From Mobula hypostoma (lineage: Eukaryota): DNA of 64,000 nucleotides. Both the position numbers and the translations under genes were made by a program. The stretch is taken from the NCBI RefSeq assembly GCF_963921235.1, contig NC_086097.1, forward strand, positions 84,322,001-84,386,000. The letters are read 5' to 3'. The first letter of the stretch is position 1; each line of letters begins with the position of its first letter. Shown here piece after piece: positions 49,519-61,280 of this stretch. The notes beneath the pieces were generated by a model. It saw nothing but the letters and a program-made list of their open reading frames with translations. It was not told where the DNA came from and searched no databases.

Positions 49519-50497
49519 AAATCAAGTCAAGTCAAGTCAAGTTTATTGTCATTTCAACCATAAGCTGCTGGTACAGTACACAGTAAAAACAAAACAATGT
49601 TTCTCCAGGACCATGGTGCTACATGAAACAACACAAAACTACACTGGACTATGTGAGACAACACTAAACTACACTAGACTACGTGAAACAACACTAAACT
49701 ACACTACACTATCTGAGACAGCACGAGGCTACACTACTCTATGCAAAACAACATTAAAAACTACACTAGACTACAGACCTGCACAGGACTACATAAAGTG
49801 CACAAAACAGTGCAGGACAGTACAATAATTAATAAACAAGACAATAGGCACATTAGAGGGCAAATTACAATATAATAATAAATGACATAGATGTCAGTCT
49901 AGACTCTGGGTATTGAGGAGTCTGATGACTTGGGGGAAGAAACTGTTGCACAGTCTGGTCGTGAGAGCCCAAGTGCTTCAGGACCTTTTGCCAGATGGCG
50001 GGAGGGAGAAGAGTTTGTATGAGGGGTGCGTGGGGTCCTTCACAATACCGTTAACTTTGCGGATTCAGTGTGTGGTGTAAATGTCTGTAATAGTGGGAGG
50101 AGAGACCCCGATGTTCTCAGCTGACCTCACTATCCGCTGCAGGGTCTTGCGATCCGAGACGGTGCAATTCCCAAACCAGGCGGTCATGCAGCTGCTCAGG
50201 ATGCTCTCAATACAACCTCTTTAGAATGTGGTGAGAATGGGGGGTGGGAGATGGACTTTTCTCAGCCTTGGCAGCAAGTAGAGACGCTGCTGGGCTTTCT
50301 TGGCTATGGAGCTGGTGTTGAGGGACCAGGTGAGATTCTCCACCAGGTGAACACCAAGAAATTTGGTCTGTTAACGATCTCTACGGAGGAGTCGTCAATG
50401 TTCAGTGGAGAGTGGTCGCTCTGTGCTCTCCCGAAGTCAACAACCATCTCTTTTGTTTTGCTCACATTCGGAGACGGGTTGTTGGTTCTGCACCACC
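49519..50497 (-). mobile_element. Rex/Babar-type LINE 3' fragment
   Basis: (TCAAG)4 tail. The minus strand encodes WCRTNN.S.NVSKTKEMVVDFGR..HSPLNID.SSVEIV... Confidence 0.8.
49619..49770. repeat. 30-bp minisatellite, 5 imperfect units, in the LINE 3' UTR
   Basis: Units such as ctacatgaaacaacacaaaactacactgga / ctatgtgagacaacactaaactacactaga / ctacgtgaaacaacactaaactacactaca. Confidence 0.85.
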
Positions 50498-50821
50498 GTT
50501 GTCTGTAAGGAGTTTGTATGTTCTTCACACTATCGCGCAGCTTTCTTCTAGTGCTCCAGTTTCCTCCTGCATTCCAAAGAAGTACAGGTTAGTAGGTTAA
50601 TCGGTCGCATGAGTGTAACTGGGCATTGTAGGCTCATTGGGCAGGTAGAGCCTGTTACTGTGTTGTATCTCTAAATAAATAAACAATCAAATAATTCTGT
50701 GAATCTTTTCGGGACCCTCTCAGCTGAATCACGCCGTACTTGTAGTGTGGTGACCAGAACCACATACAATAGTTGTGTCTTTGATCAATACAAAATTGTA
50801 ATAGCCAGAGAAAAACTCAAA

Positions 50822-52157
50822 GTAACAAATGCAAGACGATGGAGGAACTCCTAGAGAGGTGGCATCTATAGAAATGAGTAAAGAGTCGATGTTTTGGGCC
50901 AAGACCCTTCATCAGCACCAGAAAGGTAGGGGAAAACGCCAGAATAAAACCATATAACAATTACAGCATGGAAACAGGCCATCTCGGCCCTTCTAGTCCG
51001 TGCCGGACTCTTACTCTCACTTAGTCCCACCGACCTGCATTCAGCCCATAACCTTCCATTCCTTTCTGTCCATATATCTATCCAATTTAACTTTAAACGA
51101 GAACATTGAACCTGCCTCAACCATTTCTGCTGGAAGCTCGTTCCACACAGCTACCACTCTCTGAGTAAAGAAGTTCCCCCTCAAGTTACCCCTAAACTTT
51201 TGCCCTTTAACTCTTAACTCATGTCCTCTTGTTTGAATTTCCCCCACTCTCAATGGAAAAAGCCTATCCATGTCAACTCTATCTATCCCCCTCTCAATTT
51301 TAAGTACCTCTATTAAGTCCCCTCTCAACCTTCTACGCTCCAAAGAATAAAGACCCAACTTGTTCAAGGGTGGGGGGGGGTGGAGATGAAGTAAGAATCT
51401 TGGAGGTGATAGGTGGAGAACGCAAATGACTGGAGAAGAAGGAATCTGATAGGAGATGAGAGTGGACCATGGGAGAAAGGGAAGGAGGGGCACCACAGGG
51501 AGGCGATAGTTAGGTGAGGAGAAGAGACAAGAGACCAGAGTGGGGAAATGAAGAAGAGGGGAGGGGGAGGGGTAATATCACTGGGAGAAATTGATGTTCA
51601 TGCCATCAGGTTGGAGGCTAACTGGAAGGAATAGGAGGTGTTGCTTCTTCACGCCTCATTGTGGCAGAGGAGGCCATGGACTGACATTTCATAATGGGAA
51701 TGGGCATAGGGTTTAAAATTGTTAAAAGATTAGTAGGGAGGGATGAATGAACAAGGGAATCAGGGAGTCATGGGGGGGGGTGAGGGGAAGTGGTCCCCGC
51801 TGAAAACAGAGTTGGGGGAGACGTAAAGATGTGTTTGGTGGTAGACGTTGCAGAGAATGATGTGTTGGATGCAGGGGTTCGTGGGGTGGTAGGTGAGGAC
51901 AAGAGGAACTCTGTCTCCATTAAGGCAGCAGGAAGACAGGGTGAGTGAAGACGTTCGGGAAATGGAGGAGATGCAGGTCAATGTAGCATCCAGTGGTGGA
52001 GGAAGAGAAACACTGTTCTTTGAAGGAGGAGGACATTGCTGATATCCTGGAAAGGAAAGCTCCATCCTGGGAACAGATGCGAGAGAGATGAAATGATTGA
52101 GAAAAGGGTATAGAATTTTATAGGAGATAGGATGGGAAGAGGTATGGCTAAAAACCA
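50822..52157 (-). mobile_element. Penelope-like element (linker and GIY-YIG remnants, terminal repeat), interrupted by CR1
   Basis: Minus-strand DRVPLVLTYHPTNPCIQHII (PLE RT-EN linker motif), GIY-YIG end at ~51585-51720, terminal repeat at 50822-50947 with GAAA mutated to AAAA. Confidence 0.8.
50948..51367 (-). mobile_element. Young CR1 3' fragment inside the PLE
   Basis: Uninterrupted LGLYSLERRRLRGDLIEV..TRGHELRV..FFTQRVVAVWNELP. AACCATAT tail unit. Confidence 0.9.
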
Positions 52158-54523
52158 ATAATGTTGTTTCTGTGTAGCGGAGGATGTAGGCTAAAGCAGA
52201 AAGAAGTAAGTGATGGGGATTTAACTTGCTTACGAGCTCAGTAACATTAACTAATGTGATCTAGGCTTGCACTGTGTGGAAGGAAGAGCAATGGGACATC
52301 TCTGGCAACTTGTGCCATGCTGATTCCAAATCCGTGCTGCAAGCAATCTGGAAGGTCCACAGTTTAGTTTGAGGAATTCAGTTGGCCTTGTTTACCTTGT
52401 GTATTTGCCCATGTGGAATGTTTCTCACTGATAGATGAAAATAAAACTGTCTTTTCATATAAACTCAGTTATAGGTCTCTCAATTTGGAAAGATTTTCTC
52501 AGTTTGTGATTCCTGGCCAGCTATGGTTCGTGGAATCTAGTATTGAGTGCTAAATGTGATAAAGATTTGTTGCTTTTTTTAAAAGATGTTTTCGTGTTAC
52601 TCTTTGACCTGTTTACTGTCAATGATTCTTAGCAATGTGATTTTTACACCAGGGTGGATAAAGTTTTCTAAGGCTAGAAACCGAGAACTTGAAAAAGGCA
52701 TTTGGGGATAATCTAATATGAAGATTGAGGGCAGAAGCCCAAGAGAGAGACCAGTTCAAGAACATTTTGAGTCAAGGTATGGAACTGGTCAGAGGTCAAG
52801 ACCAGTGCTGCTGCCTCTGATTGGAAAAGCCCTGCCCTTTGCTGGAATTGCCAATCCTCTTGGAGTGACCTGCCCCTTGGCAGACTACCTGGGAGAGCAC
52901 TCTTAGGAACAGTGTACTCCTGATGACCAGTGAAAAATGTCAATGTCAGTAGCTAACAGCACTCTATACAGTAAAATAAGATTATCAAATTGGTTTATTT
53001 AGAAACAAAAATACACAAATATTTTAAATAAGGAAATGTAATGAAGATTTGCATGTAAAATACAAGGTACCATGTTGTCCCCATGCAACCTGGAAAACTG
53101 CAAAAAAAGAGGAATCAGATAGCTGATCAGCCATATTTTGATCTGTCAGATTACTACTTATGATACTTGTCGAGTATTATCATGGGAATAAGCTGTAGAT
53201 TCATGGGTTAATGAGGGCAGTTGAAGAGAGAGAAAACAAAAGATTGTGAAGCAGTAGGAAATGCCCATCAGGTCAAACGGTGCCAATGGGGAGATGAAAA
53301 ACTGAGGCAATTATCAGAGATTAATGACGTAGAGTCAAATTGCCCAGTTTTAATACTAACAGAAATTGAGTTATCTAAGGCTTTGGAATTTGACAATGTG
53401 TTTGGAAGGATGCAACATACCAAGATGGGAGATGAGGCCTGTTCTTCAAGCTTGCTTTGGGCCTGGAGACCTGCACTGAGAGGCTGGAGTGGCGAGAGAA
53501 CTGAGAAGTGGAAGACAACCACCGTGATGCCCCTCAGACTGAATGCAGGCGGCTTGTCCAGGGTAGGGAGGACCATGTTGTGAGTAGCATGGTTGCAGTA
53601 CATCAGACTAGAGGAAATCATTGCTTCACTGAGAAGGACCTTTTGGGTGCTGGGAAGGGAAGAGGTGAAAGAACAAGTTTTACGTATGATTTTAGCACCT
53701 GCAGATTTTTAAAATTGATTTTCATCCTGCTGGCGCATGCTTGTCCAACCTTATTACAATTTATTGCTTTAATAGCTTCTTACAGTTTCTTATTTGGTCC
53801 GTACCAGCAGAAGGACTAAAACTAGGGTCCCCTTTTGTTTAATCAGCTTATGTACTTCAATTTGGGATAAGCTTCAACAGCATGAACCAAAGTGCTGCCA
53901 GAACTCAACAAAGTTCCAGTGGTGAAATCCAACATGTGTTTTAAAGTTAAGATTACTTTTTAGACAGGGCCACAAAAAGTTACTTTTTTTTTTGCCTTTG
54001 GTGAGTAGGTGCTGTTATACTAGAGACTAACAAAGTGTTCATGAAGTTGAATCTGTATGCAGTATAAATGATAAAGATGGATTGATCTACAGAATACTAG
54101 AAGATGCGAGATTCTTTCCTGGTGTTGAGATTTCATTTCCCTTGTGCTTGGCTGTTACTCTTTGAATGATTTGCTGAGTGCAGGAAAGCTAAGTTGATAT
54201 TCCATTTATTCCTCCTAATAACACTATGTGTCTCTGTACAGTGCTTTACAGCACTGTCTGTTTCTTGACAGCCTCCCAACCCCAGACTCTGCAACTGCAT
54301 GCTTCAGTATCTCTAAGCTGACAAGGGTAGCTTTGCCCAGAACCCACCCTCTGTCAGCTTTTTTTCTGATCTTGGTTGGTTGCTTCCTTTGCTGACATAC
54401 CACGCCATGTTTTCCCATTCTGGGACCCAACCCTTCCTCTCCCCCACTTCCCCTGTGTACTCTCTCACAACACCAAAGCACCAGCCCCTTTAGCATCAAC
54501 CCCACAGTGACAGAAAAATGAGG

Positions 54524-54664
54524 AAACATAGAAAATAGGTGCAGGAGTAGGCCATTCAGCCCTTCGAGCCTTAACCGCCATTCAGTATGATCATGGCTGA
54601 TCATCCAACTCAGAACCCTGTACCAGCCTTCCCTCCATACCCCCTGATCCCTTTAGCCACAAGG
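54524..54664 (-). mobile_element. CR1 extreme 3' end
   Basis: gaaacatagaaaataggtgcaggagtaggccattcagcccttcgagcc.. is the reverse complement of the 3' UTR type seen at ~21100-21185. Confidence 0.75.
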
Positions 54665-57312
54665 AGAGAAACACAAGGCAGGAGCAACTGGAAAAGACAG
54701 TTGGAGACCAGATGTAAAGAGGAAATCTGAAGAGATATCTTAAAAGATTGGCCTAGCTGATGGCAAGAAATGGAGATAAGGAGAATACAGCATATTCTCA
54801 TTTCATCAGGATGTAGGAGACCTTTTGACTAATAAAATGTATGCTGGCTCATCTATCGTCTAGCTCATCTACTGCTTTCTCCCATATTTCTCTGTAACGT
54901 ATTCTCTCAAATGCTCACGAACTTTTCATCCACCTACATCAGAGCCAATTAACCTACTGATTTGCACACCTTTCGGGTTCGTGTTGTAATTGGAACACTT
55001 GGTGAAAACCACACTGTACAGGGAGAACATGTCAACTGCACACAGATGGCACTGGAGGTCAGGGTTGAGCCCACGGTGTCGCCATGGGAATGGGGAAAGA
55101 TTGAGAGGTTATAGGTTGAGCGGTTGGTGTAATGCAGACTCTCCACAAGGAATCAAGGAGAGAGACTGAAATCCAGAACTCAGTGGCAGCTGGATAAAAT
55201 GCAAGCAGTAAATTGTGAAGATGACACAAGCAAGCACGAGAAAAAAACAGTTTGACACTCTGCATCAGACCACGTGAGATCCTTTATTATGTAAAGAAAG
55301 GCTCACACCTGGCTTCTATCCATTACACTCCAGGTGTAACACTTGCAAACAAACAAAAAACCTCTGGTTTTGTGATGGATTCTTCTTCATCAGAGCCAAG
55401 AAATCTACAGTTACATTGCCCTTTGCCTGACCTCAGGATTTCTGAGCAGCAGTTGCTTATCTGGTTGTGTTGGTTCAGATCAGCTTTCCACAGGAATGAC
55501 TAGAAGGGAGTGCACTGGGCTAGATTAACAGCCAATCATTAGTATTATGCATGATATTTATTATTTATTTATTATTATCATCATTTCTTTCTTTTTATAT
55601 TTGCACAGTTTGACTTTTGCACACTGGTTGAACACCCAAGTTGGTGCAGTCTTCCATTGATGCTATTGTGGTTATTATTCTATTATGGATTTATTGTGTA
55701 TACCTGCAAGAAAATGAATCACAGGATTTTATATGGTGACATAAATTTACTTTAAACTTTGACCCATCAATCACTTGTGGGAGATGTATTATTTTAAAAG
55801 AAAATATGAATACCTCATTATCCAAATGCAATTTGATGGAAGCAGTAGAAAAAAAGTGTGTCCATTAGCCCAGTCACTCCTACTTCCCGTCGGGGGCCCT
55901 GCTCACAGTGTTGTCTCTGGCAGGAATCACAGTTCCCTCTTACTTCCCCCACTGCTTGACGCAGTGTCCCCTGTTATTCCTTCTCCATGGTGGAGGGAAC
56001 TGACTAGGCTGAAGGTTTTGCATTCAGCCAGAATATTCTCCTGTAACTGTTTAAGCTATCATGGCTTCTAAGCAATTCACAGGCTGTATTGACATCAAAT
56101 ATTTTATGGTTTGTAGAAAATTAGCCTCCCACTAGCAAAACGTAAATTTTGGGAAATTAATCATGAAGATAAATCCTTTGAAGTGGAAAGGAATAATTGT
56201 TCAACTCTTGTAATATTTGAGTGAGAATCAAATCACAAAGGAATAAATATTAATGAAGCAGCAACATAAAGTGAAGGATCAGTGATTTACTAATAGAAAG
56301 CAGCAACAGAGGCTATAGAAATTGTTTAGAGAAATTCTAAAACAATTTGTCTTTATGCAGCGCCTTAACTCCAGGAAATGGTAGCATATTTCTTTGCATG
56401 GATGGTCTGAAACGAGATTTGACGTCTGAGCTTGGAAGAAGATATTTAGGCAAATGACTAAATATTTGATGATAGAGGTTTTAGGGTGCATTTAAAAGGA
56501 AGGTAGGTAAAAGGTAGAGACTTTGACCTATTCAAAAGGCCAATCTACTTAGTTGTGCTTCCCTGTTCTTTTCTCAATTTGTTCAAGTTTCTGTCCAATT
56601 CCATTTACCTGCAAGTATATAAATCTGGTGTAGGTGTAGGCTACTGTCAGCCTGTTTTACCCTTTAATAGGGTAATGGCTAATCTGATTGACATTAACTC
56701 GTCATCCCTGCCTACCCTGCTAACCTCTCACTTCCTTGTTTACCATTAATCTGTTTAATAAGGACGTCCAGAGGCTCTGCTTTCATTGTCCTTTGAGGAA
56801 AGGTATTCCAAAATTTCAGAACCCTTAAGGGAAAAAAAAATCACCTTTTATGTCATAAATGAATGACCCCTTAATTTTATACAGTGACCCACATTTCTAG
56901 ATTCTGCAACTAGAGCAAGTATTCTCTACATACTCATCCTCAATAACTTTTATGTTTTCATCATTGTTCTAAGCTGCAGTGAGTGCAGTGCTAGGCTGCC
57001 CAACCTTTCCTCGTGATTCAAACCCATGTGTTCCAGGTAGTTTGAAATGTGCTATTGTCTGTACATTTATTATCGCAGCAGAGTGTGCTTTTCAAATCCT
57101 AACCTGTGTTGCATAAAATCTTTCTTCAAGAAACCTTTTAAAACTCTTTTGTCAATCAGGACCCATGACCAGTTCTGAAACATTAACATCCTCTTCTCCC
57201 TCACAAAACATTCTGTTACAAGGTAGGAGGTCAGTCAGCTGATCAAGTCTGTACTCGCAGATTAATCCCATCAGTCCCATTCATCCACTTATTTCTCCGT
57301 TGTCTATTCTAA

Positions 57313-57827
57313 AGACTGATTTATACTTCGGCGTCGAATCAATGCCGTACCTACGGCGTTGCCGCGAACCCTATGCAGAGCCTACGCGGATCCCTACGCT
57401 ATAGCCTGATGTGCACCTCTCCCAAAATGTAACTACACGTCACGGCAACGCAGACCGCAATAACTGTGATTGATCCGCTTGGTAGCATCGCATTTCCTCC
57501 TACGCTGCAATAGCTTCCCATTGGGCGACTGAAGGGCCGGGAAGGAACTCTGGCTGCAATGCTTTCCATAAAGCTTTACAGACCTCCAAAATTATGGAGG
57601 ACACATTTCACTTTTTCAAAAAAAGACGCTTGCTTTAAACTTGTTTACCCTGAGAAAGACTACCATGACCATGAAGCCTTGCACTGGCAGGTGTGTGCGC
57701 ATGCGTGACGTGCGCGAATTGCAGAGCGACGCAGACACACCAACGCAAAAATATAAATACACACAACGCGCGTAGGTCACTTGCATAGGTCACGGTGTCG
57801 ATTTGATGTAGAAGTATAAATCAACCT
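57313..57827. mobile_element. PIF/Harbinger-like MITE
   Basis: TIRs AGACTGATTTATACTTCGGCGTCGAATC / GATTTGATGTAGAAGTATAAATCAACCT, left flank TAA, right flank TTG. Subterminal CCTACG/CGTAGG motifs. CpG-rich. Confidence 0.65.
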
Positions 57828-58902
57828 TTGCACATGCACCAATTCTTACTACAAAACCTAAGGAAGGGATAATTTACAGAAACCAATAGACAAGCATGGC
57901 TTTGGGATCTGAAAGGGAAACCATGTGGTCACAGGGAGAACATGCAAACTCCACATGGACAACAAAAGAAGTCTTGTGTAGTAAGAGTCTGAAATTGATA
58001 CCTGTCCTGTCTTAAATTTCAAGAGCTGTGTTCTCATTTCTCTGTTTCCATTAAGGTTATTCATGTTCCATGAGCAATTCAGGCTTTAGAACAGTGCCAA
58101 GAAATTTCCCTTTAAGTTTTTGCTGTCACAAGTGTCAGGTTTTGATTTGGTGCAAGTAGTCGTGGGAAGTGTGTGCCAAGACCATGTTTTGAGCTGATGA
58201 CGGTCTTGAGAAATGGCAAGAGAGTTTAATTCCACCCCACAACACCTCTCCTTTAAATTGCACCTCCAATATTCCCAAGGTGCTTCACAGGAGCGGCAAC
58301 TGGTTTTTCATAATTAGCTCAGTGACTAATATTTAGTCAAAGTGGTAAGTCTTTAAGCCCTTGAGAAAAGGGGAGAGAAACCAAGTTTTGAGAAATTTGA
58401 GAAGGGAATTTCAGAACATCAGCTTGAAGGTGCAGCCACTAATGGTGGTGTGATCAGAGTTGTGGGGATGCTGAAGAGGTCAGAATTTGAGCTGAAGTTG
58501 GATTTGCTGCCAAAAAGTAACTTGGATTGGCTGCTGCTCTCTTACTGAAATCTTGAAAATTTCCATCCTTCTGTTATGTTATGATTAGGAAGATGAATAC
58601 ATTTTAGAGGAAAGACTGAAGGAGACTCTTAACTTGGTATAAAAACAGGTAGGATGAGGTTTACTCCAAAGGCACAACTTTGTAGTTGACAGATCTGGCC
58701 AGCAGTCAAGCCATTCGATGTTAGCTCAAAAACCTTTACCCTCTTTGTGGAAATCAACCCTGCTTTATTTATGACTCTGCAATTTTTTTTGGAAAAAAAA
58801 CACAAGCTTTGTAATGCCAAGTTTAGCCCAACAATAAATTATCTTTAATTTTATAATACTTACAAGGTGATATTCCAAACTATCGTGAGACTCTATGCAT
58901 TT

Positions 58903-59302
58903 AACCATATAACCATTTAACAATTACAGCAGGGACACAGGCCATCTCAGCCCTTCTAGTCCATGCCAAACTCTTATTCTCACCTCGTCCCACCGACCTG
59001 CACTCAGCCCATAACCCTCCATTCCTTTCCTGTCCATATAGCTATCCAATTTAGCCTTAAATGACAGCATCGAACCTGCCTCAACCACTTCTGTTGGAAG
59101 CTCGTTCCACACAGCTACCACTCTCTGAGTAAAGAAGTTCCCCCTCATGTTACCCCTAAACTTTTGCCCTTTAACTCTCAACTCGTGTCCTCTTGTTTGA
59201 ATCTCCCTCACTCTCAATGGAAAAAGCCTATCCATGTCAACTCTATCTATCCCTCTCATAATTTTAAATACCTCTATCAAGTTCCCCCTCAACCTTCTAC
59301 GC
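58903..59302 (-). mobile_element. Young CR1 3' fragment (same subfamily as 50948-51367)
   Basis: Open RGNLIEVFKIMRGIDRVDMDRLFPLRV..TRGHELRVKGQKFRGN.RGNFFTQRVVAVWNELP and (AACCATAT)-type tail. Confidence 0.9.
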
Positions 59303-59339
59303 GTCTAATGTATTGTTAGTTTCACACTGTAAAACTCAG

Positions 59340-60588
59340 GCTAGTCAGTCCTGTGTCACTGGCATTATTATCTCATTATCAAAGTTTTCATCAACAGCTT
59401 GCAGATTTGTGCTCTTTTTGAAACTACAACTTGAATTTTTATCTTTTCCTCTTCCCTAGGCAGAATTTTATTGTTAGCTGCCTGACATGCTCTTTGTGTG
59501 TATCCTACTTCGTTGCATTTTCTGCAAATTTGACTTTTAAATCTGCATTTATCCGGTGTGTGTGAGCCCCTGCCACAATGGTAACACAATTTGTTCAGCC
59601 AGGCTGGTTTCTGATCGGAGTTTTCAATTTTGTGCACACTCACTTTCATTCCTGACAGCAACTTAATTGTGTTTCTATCTGCTGGTAGTATTAATACAGC
59701 GATTTCAACTGCTTGTTTAAATGTGAGTTGTGTTTCTGTTAGGAGCCATTTTTGAATGTTTTCTTTTAAGGTTCCACAAATTAAACAATCTTACAGTGCG
59801 TTGTTAAGCCCATCACTGGATTGTTCTCATGCAATCTCTTCAAGTCAGCTATGTATACTGAAACAGGCTCCCTTTCCCTTTGATTTCTCATGTAAAACCT
59901 AAAGTGTTCTGCAATCAACAATAAATTTGGTTCTAAATGATCCTGCAATACCTCTGGATATCAGCAAAGCACATTTTGGCTGGTTTGGTTGGAGCAAACT
60001 GTATGCCTTTCCTCCCAATGCTCTCAGCAAAACAGGTACTTGTTTTATATCAGCTGTTTTGTTTGCTTCAAAATGCTGTTCGATTTGCTCGTGTTGTGCT
60101 GTACTTTTTTAACTTGATCATTTATTTTTAACCCCAAATGTCTCACTGTGCTTCAACAGGTAGATAGTCATTTTGGGTTTGTTTAGAACTTTTTCATCAT
60201 CATCGTTTTGTTTTGTAACTCCAAAACATAAAACTAATTGGAAAAAAAATGGAAGCCAGGGAGAATGTATCTTAGTTTTGTTTTTACTTCTAGTGAGGGG
60301 TGCATTTATGATGTAGTGGTGTGGAGACGTATACTGTTCCATACTTCTAAGTATAACCCATGATGAATTTGTAAACAACAAAGAATGTTTGATCAAACAA
60401 TATACTTACATTATTGCAAACATAAGAAAGTCTGCAGTTGCTGGACATCCAATGCAACACACACAAAATGCTGGAGAAACTCAGCAGGTCAGGCAACATC
60501 TATGGAAATGAATAAGCAATTGACTTCTGGGCCGAGACCTTTTTACATTATTACCCAAATATTACTGAATATTAAATGCATATAAACC
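59340..60588 (-). mobile_element. Ty3/Gypsy LTR retrotransposon remnant: 5' LTR (60204-60588) and decayed gag
   Basis: Two zinc-knuckle-like motifs CYHCGRGSHTPDKC and CRKCNEVGYTQRAC. Other frames give KQVPVLLRALGGKAYSLL and LICGTLKENIQKWLLTETQLTFKQAVEIA. The LTR matches 47273-47782. Confidence 0.8.
60418..60542 (-). mobile_element. Short PLE 3'-end insertion inside the LTR
   Basis: aaacataagaaagtctgcagttgctgg..ggccgagacc flanked by TTACATTATT(G/A)C at 60406-60417 and 60543-60554. Confidence 0.75.
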
Positions 60589-60656
60589 TCCTAATTTGTA
60601 AGGAAATCGGAAGATTTGAAAAAATAAATTATATCACATATACAGTATATTTGAAT

Positions 60657-61280
60657 AAACATAAGACCATGGAATATAGGAGCAGAATTAGGCCATGTGG
60701 CCCATTGAGTCTGCTCCACCATTCCACCATGGCTGATCCATTTTTTCTCTCAGCGCCAATCTACTGCCTTCTCCCTGTAGCTCTTCATGCCCTGACCAAC
60801 CTCTGCCTTAAGTATACCTAAAGGCTCAGCCTCCACAGCTGCCTGTGGCAAAGAATTCCACAGATTCACCATCCTCTGGCTAAAGAAATTTGTCCTTATC
60901 CCTGTTCTAAAGGATGCCCCTCTGCTCTGAGGCTGTGTCCTCTGATCTTAGACCTTTCCACCATAGGAAACATCCCTTCCACATCCACTCCATCAAGGTC
61001 CCCCACCATCTGATAGCTTTCAATGAGGTCACCCCTCATTCCTATGAACCCCAGTGAATTCAGGCCCAGAATCATCAGATGCTCTTCACATGAACCTCCC
61101 CCGAATCCCCTCCAGCCCCAGCATATCCCCTCCAAGACAAGGGGCCCAAACCCACCCACAGTACTCCAAGTGAGGCCCCACCAGTGCCCTACAAAGTCCC
61201 AACATTATATCCTTGCTTCTATATTCCAGTCCTCCTGAACTGAATGCCAACATTGCATTTGCCTTCCTCACCACTGACTC
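60657..61280 (-). mobile_element. CR1 3' fragment with deletions
   Basis: VVRKANAMLAF..GLEYRSKDIML.L.RALV.PHLEYC..VWAP and GL.SL...MRGDLIE.Y. Confidence 0.85.

Larger units (their letters stand above)
49465..50690 (+). mobile_element. tRNA-SINE split by a LINE insertion
   Basis: Head gggcggcacggtagcataa..gacccgggttcatctcc (49465-49518) continues at ~50494 as accgttgtctgtaaggagtttgtatgttc..ctaaataaataaa. Confidence 0.7.

Noticed and set aside
49613..49828. Repetitive 71-aa ORF, or a CRISPR-like array
   Set aside because: Contiguous 30-bp tandem units with no unique spacers, inside a LINE UTR in eukaryotic DNA.
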